This document shows positions 12,201 through 23,963 of a DNA stretch of 64,000 nucleotides, piece by piece. The position numbers were made by a program, and so were the translations under genes. The stretch's first letter is position 1. The number at the start of each line of letters is the position of its first letter. The notes beneath the pieces were generated by a model, which worked only from the letters and a program-made list of their open reading frames with translations, had not been told where the DNA came from and searched no databases. Source of the DNA: Bugula neritina (taxonomy: Eukaryota > Animalia > Bryozoa); contig OZ037766.1 in the NCBI GenBank assembly GCA_964035545.1, positions 14,994,722 to 15,058,721 of the forward strand, in the 5' to 3' direction.

Positions 12201-15200
12201 CGATGTACTAGCCAATTAGCTAAGCTGCTTAGGAGTGATAGTAGCAGCTTCGCGCTACTAGCTCAGTTGAGGATAGTGCTGTAAATTAAATAGACGTGCG
12301 TATTATTACTGTTGTATATTAGATTTTATTATGTATTCTTGTATTCAAATATAACGATATCTACTCGACTTATCTCGGTGAAGTTTCTCTAGTAATAAAT
12401 AGACTCTCTTGGTTGCACATCGACCCTAAAACTGAAAATCATAACAATATACCCGTGGTCTAGGGGTTAAACACCGGCTTTCCATGGACCAATCTCAGAT
12501 CGATCTCAGCGAGATCGATCCATGGAAAGACGCCAAAGATCGATCTCCGTCGATCTGAGCTGGTCGGTCTGTGGAGCTCGAACTCAGATCGATCTCATGT
12601 CAATAAGACCATGGAAAGACGCCAGATCGATCTAAGAAGTAGAAAAAGACTGCGCGCTACAATGTTGTCTGCTAATAAAAATGTTAACTTATTGATAATT
12701 ACTAAGCAAAGTATTAAATAATTATGATAGCCACCTTTTCAGATGCCAAAACTTTGACTTTTAGTACAATGATTAAGAAAACTCAATTATATGCAGTAGA
12801 AGGTAAAAAAATGGGATAATTTAAATTGAATTTAAATGACTATTAAAACTTAGTTTCATTAGCTATTTTCTTTGTAATTTTAAGCCTAACAGTCCTGTAA
12901 GTTTATTAATAATATGCAAGACAGCCATTAATTTTATATAAGCTGTCAAGCTAAAAAATTAAAAAATTTTAAATTGGCCAAATTACCATACACTGAAAGC
13001 TTTGCTGCGTATAGTTTATAGCTGGGATTAAATTTTAGACTACGACCATCTTGTTTTCGACAGTAGCAGCTTTAATCTCTCAAATAGGTGAACAAATTAT
13101 ACTTTTAAAGTATCCTTCACTTAAGAGGAGGCAACTTCTCGAGATCGATCTGACATCTCATGGAAAAACGATCGATCTGAGCACATTTCTGAGATCGGTA
13201 CATGGAAAGCCCGTGAAAGCGTTTGCCTAATAAGCATGAAGGTCATAGGTTCAGCCTAGACAAAGGCCATTGGTGATACTAGGAAGAGCATCCAGTCATA
13301 TTGCTCCTGTGCCTCATCTTAAGTCCTTAGTCCGATTTAACAAAAACCCTTTCCATCAGGGTTTTCTCACAGGGATAGCGATTATAAACTTGCGTGAGTT
13401 TGTTCCTGCTACGCGAATAGGACAAAGCGGAGACAGGTGAGTATAGAAAAAAATAACATATACGTTAGGAATCTTTCAAGCAATCAGTTATGTAATTTAA
13501 TCTTACTCTTGCATTTTTAGCCCAAATATGATAGTCTTTCTCAGCAGACTGAAGCACTTGGCATCCTGATAGTGTTGGGTTTGCATGTTACTTTATAAAA
13601 AGAGTAATTTTAAGCTATGCAAAGTTATACAGTTATTACCAATTATGTAACATTTGGTAATATCTTTATTGCGTATTGCTCAAGTTACGGTATTGCTCCT
13701 TATATACAGTATATGCCTAGGTTTTGTTGTATTTTATATACTAAATTGAAAATATTTTGTCTTTTGTGTTTTAGGATTTTCTAATAATAAAAAGAATTTA
13801 GAAATTTTAAATAATGACCACTCTGACTACACTCAAATCTCTTTGTTATGGGAAACTTTTATGCTGTCAGCTAAAGCAATTGAAATGCTCAATCAGCCAT
13901 CACAGCCTTGAAAGGCCTTGAGATTCGAAGGATCCAAAGATATCACAAAGGGTTAAAGGGCATATTACATCAATTATCTTTTTTTGTCAACATCAGAGTA
14001 TGAAATTAAGTTACTGCACTGCCTATAACTGACTCAGTTTGACAAATAACAGACATCAGAAATTATTTGGCCTGGTCAAAACTTATTTTATTATACGATA
14101 CTATTGTCATACAATTAGGCTAGTGTTGTTAAATGCAAATAATTATAGTATACCTCATGAGGTCAGGAGATGCTGAACCCTCAATTTATTGTATTACAGT
14201 TTTAAATGAAAATGAAGAAAACAATGTACTTCAGTTGTTTTGGAGTTTGGGATCGCCGAAATTTGAGAAATAGATTATTCCCTAAGCCTCTAGCACAATA
14301 AGCTGATGTATTTCCAGACACTGGATGTCAAAAATGGCTAAATGTTAAAATAGTACCATGTTACTATTAACACATGAAAACCATCCGAATTCTGATAAAG
14401 TACTAGGGTAAGGCATTCACCACTACTTAATAATTACTCAAACAGAGAGTCTACACCCAAATTAAACAAGTGATTTTCAATCAAACCTCTTGTGATGATG
14501 GCTCTGAATCCATATAAGTTCAATTCAAGAGAGATAATACTATTTTTAAATTGGTATAACATAAATGGAGCAATGACCAATAATTTAATTAAGAATATAA
14601 AGTTAATCATAATATGTTATAAGTAAATAAAAGTTTAAATATATCTTTACGGCTAGTACGACTTCATTAAAAATAAATAAACAAGGAACATGTTCGTTTA
14701 CTACCTACTTTACTTATCTGAATTAGCAAAATAAACGTAGACTTCAAATACTACTGTACCTGTCTTTAGAGCTGAAAATGGATACAGTAGTACCCGAAAT
14801 ATCAGTTTACTTTGTTCATTTAGATCATTAAAGTAGTAAACAAAATGTTTTTTGTCTATTTTTTCTTAATAAATCAGAGTTATGCACACTTCACCATATC
14901 GACTGAATATCTCACCTGTATATATTGATGCATATTAAATTTCTTGGAGTAATCCTCTATATATTGCAGATACTGAGAGTGATAGATGTAGGACTCTTTC
15001 ACCTCAACACCCAGACTGTCCGCAAATCCACATACAGCTTTGTATGAGTTGGTTCTACGATTTAGTATAAAACTAGAACATTTGGCTGCAAAATGCAGAG
15101 TAGACAGCAAAGCTACCTGAACATAATAGTAAAGACAACGTTGGGTTCCCTGGGTGCTGTTAGCTGGTGCTATCTTATTAAAACTTTTTAATTAAAATAT

Positions 15201-16091
15201 AATATATGTTCACATACTTGTTTTAAAACCTACAAAAGCATAACTTAAATAGCTAGACTTGCAACTACCAATGGCTGTTTGTGCCATGTGTGCATCGCAG
15301 TTGCTAGCTTTTACAAGGCTGTGATCTTATAACCTAAAACTGCAATATTCAAGTTTTTTCGGTGGCCAAAATTATGCTCTCTAAGTATACCATGACATAG
15401 TTGCAACTGCACCGACAATTAGCCTTCCCAGCAATGCTGAAAAGTTGACTGGAACCCCATTCTAAGTCATTGTAAATCTGATGACAGCAGGAGCAACAGA
15501 TATCATAACTACAATGGCTTAACCATGTAAGAAGTTAATACAATGTAAAGCTAGTAGTGCAGTGTGCATAAACATTAAAAACTAAAATATTGCCATCTAT
15601 TTAGCAAATTTTTATGCAAATTAGACAGCATTATAGCATGACATGGCTGTTTCAAGAAAAGAACTAATAGCGACACAAATTTGCAAGGCCAGGTCAAGGT
15701 ATTGACTATTAGATGTGTTGAGAGTGTTTTTGTAAGCATATAAGGTAACATTATTCACACTACAGTTGCTTTAAAGTAGCCAATAAGGTCAGCTATGATT
15801 GTATACTGAGTCAACATTGATGATGAAAAATATCAACTTTTTCATTAATGACAGTGGAATACCTAAATATCATAAAATATAAATATATCAAGTTGACCAT
15901 GTAAAAGTTTTAACTTACTGTAATCCATCATACATGGGAGAAGTCTTATAAGGATCCCTGTTCACCCACAATCCACCTACTCTGTCGCTCACTTCATATG
16001 CAGTTATATTAACTTTATCTTTATATTTAAGAAGAGACCTTATAGCTGCCAGCCCTGAAGCTCCTGCCCCTATCACTACCACTTCTTTCAT
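243..16091 (-). CDS. Flavin-containing monooxygenase (class B FMO), 7 coding exons, about 437 aa
   Basis: Hand-spliced GT-AG exons with consistent phases: 16091-15919, 15054-14916, 4379-4246, 3848-3671, 2971-2817, 1605-1395, 566-243 (1314 nt, open frame). Motifs: FAD-binding [35 protein letters not shown]-identifying [16 protein letters not shown]-binding [15 protein letters not shown]. Confidence 0.93.
4993..5297 (+). repeat. 5' LTR (305 bp)
   Basis: TGTGGTGG...CATAACA, no differences from 12142-12446 by eye; AATAAA near 5245. Confidence 0.97.
5299..5316 (+). promoter_or_regulatory. Primer binding site, tRNA-Leu
   Basis: TGGTGGCAGCGGTGGGAT lies 1 nt after the LTR and is complementary to the 3' end of eukaryotic tRNA-Leu (…ATCCCACCGCTGCCACCA). 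Confidence 0.85.
5331..6197 (+). CDS. gag: Gag (288 aa), no CCHC zinc knuckle
   Basis: First ORF after the PBS; retrotransposon capsid-like motifs ([26 protein letters not shown]…LAQIAY, FVQSL). Confidence 0.88.
   Translation: METENARMQPSPVEGERRNDVNPVNREGEEAYRYCLKAPTFTGSEDVEQFIQEFREVMEIAQWLHRVALIQLRRALTKQAKPYGVGTDVNGILAALRARFGISTIDARTKLERMCRTPRTSLQEHAATVKKLAQIAYSDLPAQHQERYTYDAFVQSLNDLGLHHQLRAKGITRIEDALKAGEAYLLATQMHRAQRNPPVVGVSAARATTGPEALPLEAEVDRMVEMLGQLVTILAGAGPGQALRVPPTPVGQGWSSAGQDQGQKGRPQYQGALNCHGPRTLSLPAGRN
6146..6190 (+). promoter_or_regulatory. Putative -1 ribosomal frameshift signal (gag-pol)
   Basis: G TTA AAC heptamer in the gag frame (6146-6152), 5-nt spacer, perfect 10-bp GC stem (6158-6167 with 6181-6190); the -1 frame stays open to about 6499. 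Confidence 0.75.
6146..10773 (+). pseudogene. pol: Pol polyprotein (aspartic protease, RT, RNase H, integrase), interrupted by a frame break at G10 (6490-6499) and TGA at 8410-8412
   Basis: LLDSGC protease; WRFCVDY, LPFGL and YLDDV RT; DTDAS and ELLAV RNase H; HHCC plus VDLVGP/HSDQG/VERNN integrase; GPY motif. ORFs 6499-8412 and 8458-10773 share one frame. Confidence 0.93.
10791..11864 (+). CDS. Gypsy ORF3, 357 aa, C2H2-type zinc finger protein with C-terminal coiled coil (not env-like)
   Basis: Uninterrupted ATG-initiated ORF inside the element; [21 protein letters not shown] and [22 protein letters not shown]; heptad-like C-terminus; no signal peptide or hydrophobic TM segment visible. Confidence 0.8.
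   Translation: METGSMPVNSELIQQIESELLGTTFHVKDNEDTVMADGLLDLELDTVLGQSTHDSLVPRVHSKSCDSQASNSRPSLELCCKDPPRSNNNSTFVDTLAPVSPGMPSLEMAWDPEPAPPTSTTGQLPPQLEATSNWITPATEKEIKTHRGGDSNRECRLCQQRFTTHRRLRVHLPQHYITTFCPCGEYSYNRDYLLRHQRTMQCFQGHVYEVDKASYPAFLNAIRPLITDSARLSRLEQGFPSPRPIISETMDKHTKSTNSPPPSPIRQPHTLPRVVLQRVDTKAYTLPPPLPSSERKRHRQQTFSRSSPLARNLREVEARARDLEQEVYRLAPRVHAASSELKYLQESIKRMRRAAHD
12131..12141 (+). promoter_or_regulatory. Polypurine tract
   Basis: GGAGGGGGCAG directly before the 3' LTR. Confidence 0.9.
12142..12446 (+). repeat. 3' LTR (305 bp)
   Basis: Direct repeat of 4993-5297, followed by TSD ATAT. Confidence 0.97.
12453..13452 (+). mobile_element. tRNA-derived SINE, split by a MITE
   Basis: A-box-like GTGGTCTAGGGGTTAAA resumes after the MITE as GCGTTTGCC…GGTTCAG (B-box-like); A-rich tail; 11-bp TSD ATAACATATAC; related copies at about 49380-49535 (-) and 50465-50572 (+). 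Confidence 0.75.
12472..13215. mobile_element. Non-autonomous TIR DNA transposon (MITE), 744 bp
   Basis: About 28-bp imperfect TIRs (CACCGGCTTTCCATGGACCAATCTCAGA / TCTGAGATCGGTACATGGAAAGCCCGTG), 3-bp TSD AAA, subterminal GATCGATC and CATGGAAA repeats, no ORF. Confidence 0.85.
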
Positions 16092-17151
16092 AGTCCTCCA
16101 GCAGTTGGTTACTAGTGAGTGTTATACTAAACTGATCACAGGCTGAACGACTTTCGATTGAGTTGTTTTTCATGAACTGATTACCAGCATAATCATAAAA
16201 GGCAGTAAGCTAGGGTCAATAACCTGTAACAAAACATCTAGCGTACTAGTTTTTGCCATGCAACAATGCACATGTTCGCATAGCACTGCTGTTCTTATAA
16301 ATGGTCCCTGGATATCGATATTGTGGAAACTTTCAAAATTAACATTCCAAGTACTGACCATGTGTACACAGCCTGTAAGCATTGAATAACAGGTTGGCTT
16401 AAAAAAGCTTAAGTTATGAAATAAGGTCAAGGTTAAGTATCATATGAAGGCTGAGGGTAAACAGCACTTCTCGTGATCTGAATCAGACTACTACACCTAA
16501 GAACAATATTCATATTACGAATACAATTAACAGTGTGCCACAACAAAACTATTGTACCAATTAGGTAATGCTACTGAGTTGATTTGTTTTAACTTCACTT
16601 TAGCTCTTACAGAAAGCAAAGTAATACTAAATAATATATCACAGGAGCAGAACAATGCTACTGTGTCATACAAATTCGGTAAATTGACAAAATCTTTAGA
16701 GCTCATTGTGAGTGAAAGTTGATGTGGAGTGAATAAGAAGTGAATAGTTTGGTGGCAACACAAACTTGTAGTTTAGAGAGCAGCAGCTAGACTAGAAATT
16801 GGAAACCTATAATGGTCATCGGTGATGTAAAGAATGTCTGTCATTCAGTCATAATTTACCTTATGATATTTAAGCAAGCAGTCCTTTGCCTGCCTCAAAC
16901 TTCTAACCATAACTGGAAGGGTTCACAAGAATGAAGACTTAATAAAAAAATATGTGAGTTTTAAGTAACTTTTAATCTTCACCTAGAAAAAAATAAGAAA
17001 CTTTAAAACTATATATGCTATAGTCAATGGAACAAATATTTAGTTTCTCAAATTTGTAAGTAGATATATCTTTTATTTTGAACGACTAAATTATAAAAGC
17101 AACTATTGTAGTTTCAGTTTCAGCAGTTGTGGTGAACCTAAACAGGCATAA

Positions 17152-17372
17152 CTAACAGCTCTTTACTAACTGCATAGGATATTTTCTGAAATGAAAACAG
17201 TAGCTAGTTCTGCATGAAAACTAGCCTGATTAGATGTTGCTATAAAGTTGTTGAGTCTAATATAGTACAGGCTGGGGTGACTACATTCACATCATTCTAT
17301 GAATGTTAGCCCCATGATCATATTTTATTTCCAGCTTCTGCATGCATCACTCAGAAATGGGAAATTAAACTA
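17152..17372 (-). pseudogene. Degenerate copy of FMO exon 6
   Basis: Colinear nucleotide similarity to 1390-1607 (FPFLSD.CR, HPSLYYI.LN, F.AELA) with stops and frameshifts. Confidence 0.8.
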
Positions 17373-18340
17373 ATGGGGAAGCAAACAGATCTAGTTCAGT
17401 CATTACAGTTTTAAGTGCAGATTACATTTGATAGAAATTATCTTTGCTAGACACTAACCCACCAACATTCAACTATGTACTGTGTTACTGTGTCTGTTTT
17501 TAACCCTTTAATCTTTGGAAGGTTTGTTTTTTCACAATGGCTATAGTTGTTAGTTTTAACACTCATGAAATGTTTATATTAAACAAATTATGCTTACTAT
17601 GCAGTTGTATTGCTTTAAATGTAGTAAACACAAATTTGAAATATTAGGGCTTATTATGCATTTCTTCATTAATATTATTTACATAACAATTTAAAATGTT
17701 CAATTTATAGCATTTCAGTGAATGAAGAAAAGTACTACATACTATGCAAGGTGTAGCAGGAGAGACTCTCTGCTAAGCCTGATATTTGTGAAATGTTTTG
17801 CTAGTAGTTGCCTGTTGCTCAATGTAAAATACCTGCATGTATGTTAATCAATATATATGTTGGAAGTAGAGTGAGAACACACCAGCAAATAGACCAAATA
17901 TAAATTAGAAACAATGATTTATTCCTAAATTACCTAATTATCTAGTTTACATGGCACAAAACATCAGTAATACTGTAATACTACATCAACAGTGTGCTTC
18001 TTACTTTATGTTTAAGTCCTGAATTGTCTATAATCTCATGGACGATGTTGTGAAAAGAGAAAATATGCAAAAATACTTTTATTACACTAAAATACATAAA
18101 GTTTAAAACAAAACAAAAAGACTGCTAATAGTTTACTATTACTTGTCTTTATATTATATTGGAGTTGTGAGTTGTGTCACATAATAATGATTAGTTGTGT
18201 TTACATAAATGTGTATAATACAAGTAAACATATGTATAAATAAACAGGTTTCATTTTATCAAATTGATAAGTTAAACATTTTTCTGCGTCAAACCGGATA
18301 TTAGCTCAACTAATGTAAATATGGAAAGTCTGTGTTTATT

Positions 18341-21300
18341 TTAAAATTTATCTGCTTGCAGTGCTTTATCTCTCACACTTTTCACTTTTTCAATTCTTAA
18401 TTCTAAATGCTCACACTCTCTCTGTAGCTCTTCTTTTCTCCTCACAGATTCCTCTACCTATAAAAATAGGTTATATTTATTATATAATTATATTAGAATA
18501 TCAAAATATAATAATACTACTTGACATAGTCAAATTGACAATATCTGGAGATACACAAATGGCTGCTAACAATTCACCAAAAAGATATCATGATTTATAG
18601 CTTTATTCAAGGGCTTGCAACTTCTAAAAACAGTACGTTAGCTACAAAAATATAGATGAAAGAAATTGATTAAATGAGGAAATCTCTCATAAAACTTAGA
18701 AAGAAGATCATATTACTACACCTGTATGCCAGAAATTAAATGAAAAACTCGCTACTAGTTAGAGAGTAGTGCCACTTGAAATGAGTATTTAAGAAGCCCT
18801 AGCAGCTGTTGTAAGTACATTACATAATGTAAACATAGTAATCGGCTGTCAATACTCTATAGGGCCACACTTTTTCATGTCTATACAAAATTTAGTAGAA
18901 AAACTTTAAATATTAGCCAATAATACAATTATGAATGCTGTAGTGCTACAGTTACATAATATTATACCAGAAGACAACAGTTTGCAGAAAAACAGAAATA
19001 AAATCAGTCTGGGTCCATTTGGAAAAAAAGTCTCAATCCATATTCAAAAGTATATTATTAGCACATTGATGTTGATGACTGCATATTATAAGTCTTCACC
19101 TATCTTTTCTCTGCTTCTCTGCCCTGTTCAAGTAGCGGGGGGGGGGGGGGAGGAAAGCTGCATATTATAAGTATTATTATAAGTTAAATGGCTGTTCACT
19201 CATCATCAGCCATATCAACTTATTGTCTAATATACCTGTCTACTTATTCTCCTGTTATCACTTTTCAATCTTTGCTTCATTTTCTCCGTATCTTCATACA
19301 CCTCTCTATGTCGATGCATTTGAGCCTCTAATCTTAGTAACTGTATTAAAACCTCATAGTATTATTAAGTTGAATATCTGCAGATGTTATGCATATTTTC
19401 AGCACTATAACCATTTCAATTTTGTGATCAGTAAACCACTATACAGGGTATTATATAAATAGAGAAATCTAGATTTGAGTATGATGGTATTATACATGTA
19501 CTATATGCACTCATACCACACACAGCTCATCAAGACACCATGTCTACTAATACTAAAGTAAAAAGAGTATTCAATGTTATATAGAAATAATGTAGAGAGC
19601 TGTTTAGCATGTTTCCATGGTTACACAAGGGTAACTGTTGATGCCAAAATAAACATCCAGTTAGAATTTTCAACATTACCAGCCTGGTCTGAGGTGAAAA
19701 GCTGCTACATTTAAGGCATTAAGTTTCTTTGTACAGACATTTCAACTACGAATAATAGTAGGCTGGTTGTTGTCAGTAATCATCGGTTTATATAGCTCTT
19801 GTGAGACAAATAAAATTCATGTAACTGTTGAAAATTAATTACCATGCTATCTATTGCTATAACCACTGTGAGCGTATTATATAAAATTTTATTGTCATTA
19901 AAATATCTATAATATACTTGATAAGCTATTCTTTTTACCTGATTTTCTAAAGAATCTATTTTTAAGTTAGCCTGAATGGCATCTTGCTTGTGTTTAGCTA
20001 ATATGAAGTTTTGTTCTCTTTCAAACTGTGCAACTTCAGCAGCAGTGCAAGTAGACTGTGACTTTGAGGGTTGTCTGCACCTGGTAGCATTTTCTTTCCT
20101 TATCTCCACCAATTCTTGCTTTGATTCATCCAACTGTATGTAAATGAATTTAGGAATAGATAACTGACTTTGAGCAATAAATGAACAGAACGCATTTAAT
20201 TTATCCCATCATTTGACAAAGTGCATTTATCAAAAAATATCATTGTTTTATAATAAAAATTATGTATACCAAGTTATACTAAAATTTCTAGGTTATATAA
20301 ATTAAGACTTGATTTATATAACATAAAATAAAAAACAAAATAAATGTCAAAATTATGCACACTCTAAGGCATGTTCTTAATAACCGACTAACATAAGAAA
20401 CTTACAGTCATAGTAATACAGCATCCTATGATATCTATGTCTATATGGGATATATACTGTATGTGGTCAAAAGTAAACCTGAAGTATAGTTTCATGCGGT
20501 TTATGCAAATATAATAATAACTTCTTGCTTATGCACTGTCCTAATTATAAAAACTTTCTACTTTTAGCATTCATCCATCATAAATAATCATTGTAAAATT
20601 GGTGTATATTAAGCAAAGCTTTTAAAAGTAGAGAAGCATGAACATGACCAGCTGATATTTCAGTAAAACTATTTTAAACTATGTACATCAAGCTATCACT
20701 TATATGATAGCAATAGTATTCATTATTCTACACGTGTATTGTGATGGTTTACTAGTATTGTGCAATCATGTTTATAATCACTGCACTCACTACTTACTTC
20801 TGACTTAACCGTTTCATTTTCTTTGATTAGTCCTCTAACTCTTTCATCTATAAATAGATAGATATACATAATATACCCATCAGCTACTATCATTTGCATG
20901 TGCTATTTTTACCTTAGACAATTTCTCTTACTTACCGCATAATTCTTACATATTACCCCTGCATTTAATGCTAAGCTAGATAAAACATGAATCATATCAA
21001 TTACTGCCTAAAAATTACTTTGTTATGTAACCTGTTGCAAATTATAAAATGAAAGATCAAAATAATATATGAAATTGTTTGAATAACTACAATCTTAGTC
21101 TCTAAATACATGTATTGCACAATTACAAGCAGCACACTATAATGCTTCCTAATTACCTAATGTGAGCAAAGAACTAGTGCCTTGAATGATCTGTTGTAGT
21201 CTATCATCCACCTCGTTAGATCTACCTCCTTCTTCAACATTGCTGCTATCCAGTGAAACCATGATCATTTTATTATCCTGTAAAAGTTATCTAGTATTAT

Positions 21301-23963
21301 AAACAAGATTTAATAGTTATTTAATGGTAAACATTGGGCTAACATGCTATTTACAATGCTTGTTTGCAATATAATGTAATTGCCTAAACAATTATCTCTA
21401 AAGAAGAATCATTATTTTAAATCTATTTACTTTTGATAATGAAACTGGCATTTGATGGAGTTGTAAAACCATGATATACATTTTATGATCGCATAAAGAA
21501 CTACAAAATTTAGAAAGCTAATTTATGCAGCATGTATGATAGTATCAATAGTACAACAAATAAATATATTGTTGCATGTTCATAATCCACTAAGATTGGA
21601 AATACATGTTCATTTTTTGGTACTACAGTTTTGGTCACCATAACTAAATAGTTTATGGCACCAACTATCGTACATTGTTGCTACTGTTAGATTTTACTTT
21701 GTAGATATTATAAATGCTGCAGTAAACCGTGCAGGTGGGGTCTAGATATATCAAAATTTAAAAGACATTAGATTGAATCTAGATCTACACCCCAACATGG
21801 CAGCCAGTTATAGTACTTGGCATGCTACTCCTTTGTATGAACAAAAAAACAGGTGTTGCAGCAAAGTAGTTTCTAGAAAGTGACTAAAGCTAAATGCATA
21901 GGAGTAAAAACAAAGGCCACACTTTAATGAGTTGATCCCTTTCAGATATCATATCCTTCATTCGGCTTATTTGTATATCTAGCAGAAGTTGCTTCCTCTT
22001 CTCTTCTTCTATGCTCCTAATCCACGCCTTTAGTTCTAATGCTACCAACTGTTTTCTCTCTGTTTCTCCAACTAGTTTATCCTAAAATGATCAGAATATA
22101 TTTTATTGTAGTGATCAGCGGGTTAACTTAACAAGCCTTAGTTCAAGGATGTTTTATTGTACATCCACAACAAATACAAGGGCTAAAGGCCCAGGAGCTG
22201 GTAAATTAGGATATAAATATAAGAGCCATGCTTCGTGTCAACTTATTGCTGACATAGAATTTACTGTACCAGAAATTTACTGTATTCTACTTATTTCAAC
22301 ACTTCACTGTGTGCTAAATTTGCATAAATTAATAGCAACATTCAACAGTTACAAATAATATGTTTTGGATTTTATTTGTGTGTCCATTACTGCTTAAGGG
22401 CTTGTGTGTACAGTGTGTGTACAGTGTGCTTACAGTGTACGTACAGTGTGTGTACAGTGTGTGCACAGTGTACGCACAGTGTGTGTAGGGTGTGTGTACA
22501 GTGTGCGTACACTGTGATCTGCAACTACTTATTAGCTTATTAACTTGCAGCAGAAAAACGTTAGACTGCTTTGATATGTTGTTTAAGCCAAGAAAATTGA
22601 TTTTATTAAACATTTGAAATCTAAGAAAATATTTTTAAACTTTTTAACGCAGATGCTTAGTTTAACTTGAATTTTTTTTTAAAATATGAGAAATTATAAA
22701 TTATTAATGACAAAACTTTCAACACTTGATAGGCCATAGGGCATTACAATTAAACCAAGATTTAAAAAGTTTTAACATTTTTGAAAAATATGTGACATGT
22801 ACAACTAAAAGTAATGTCTTTATTGCTTTCTTATAGATATTGAGATATGTCTATATACGCCTCGTTTATGTGATATTCGGTGCCAGCAAATCAAAAAGCA
22901 AGTATAAATCAGTATATCTCACCTGTACATCATCCACTTGGTAATATAGAGCCTGCTTCTCATTGTCTAGCTGGGCATTGCTTACCATGCTTTGTGTGTA
23001 TCTATGTTGTAGCTCTTTCAATATTGCCTAAACATTACAAACTATCTATACATAATAGTGATCTAACATTTAGCTACATGTATGAGAGGAAAAAATTAAC
23101 ATTCTAGTAGTGGGTATGTTGTTTTCTTAACAATGGATTTAAGTTTCCTATGCATGGACTGTGTACATAAGCTGTATATTTGGGCTAACACTTTGTAAAA
23201 CCGAATTTTACTTTGCTATATTTATTCTGCTATTGATATAGATTTTAGTTATGTTTCATTGGATGGGTTTTTTGCCAAAAACTGACTGATGATCCTTAAA
23301 AATAGCTAATAACAGTTTCACTGACAATTAAATTACATATATTAATGGGATTTTGTGATTCCTTTTATGTTGGTAAATGTTTGATGTAAATTTCCTTTAT
23401 CACAATTTTTATATAGAGGACAAAAATATAATCAAATGATATTTGGTAATGGCTTATAATTGAAAATATTATGATTCATTACTATATATACTACGCAATG
23501 AATTACTATATATACTACATAATGAATTACTATATATACTACGTAATGAATTACTATATAATGCAGATAATAAAAATTACTACAAAAAGCAAAACAAAAA
23601 TCACATCTGCATCAAGAGGCACAGCGCTGGATCATAAATTGGAAAAAAAATAAAAGTTAGACTTTCAATTTTATTCTGCTTCTCCTGGAAAACTTTATTG
23701 TCAAACTTTTAGCTAGATTAGATATCGTCATATGTTTCATTTAAGATCTCGGAGCCTAAAATATGACATACCTGAATTTCTTTCTCAGTTTTATTTGAAA
23801 GGTCTATTGGCTGACTAAAGTCAATGTTTTCTAGAGAGCTCATTGTGGATGCTGTGGGTGTATGTGATATTGCTGATTTTCTCGGTCTACAACTCAAAGC
23901 CTGTTCGTTCTTCTGTCTACCCAACAAAGTTCTCCTAACACGAAGTCTACTACAGTTGTGTGG
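18341..23963 (-). CDS. Divergent LRRFIP1/2-like (Flightless-I LRR-interacting) coiled-coil protein; 5' exons unresolved
   Basis: Exons 23963-23772, 22081-about 21922 (donor uncertain), 21277-21157, 20847-20798, 20133-19939, 19340-19236, 18457-18341; the last five join in phase. Segments LDERVRGL, EREQNFILAKHK, LLRLEAQMHRHR and EELQRECEHLELRIEKVKSVR follow the order of the LRRFIP C-terminal motifs as I recall them ([50 protein letters not shown]). Confidence 0.62.
22403..22515. repeat. Degenerate about 11-bp minisatellite (TGTGTACAGTG)
   Basis: Visible tandem repetition in an intron. Confidence 0.8.
23474..23560. repeat. 24-bp tandem repeat, about 3.5 copies
   Basis: ATGAATTACTATATATACTACRYA repeated. 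Confidence 0.8.

Larger units (their letters stand above)
4993..12446 (+). mobile_element. Full-length Ty3/Gypsy LTR retrotransposon (7454 bp), antisense within FMO intron 2
   Basis: TG...CA LTRs, 4-bp TSD ATAT (4989-4992 and 12447-12450), PBS, PPT, gag, and pol in PR-RT-RH-INT order, plus an extra ORF3. Confidence 0.97.

Noticed and set aside
12453-13260. Functional tRNA gene
   Set aside because: No complete cloverleaf; interrupted by a MITE and followed by a SINE body, A tail and TSD.
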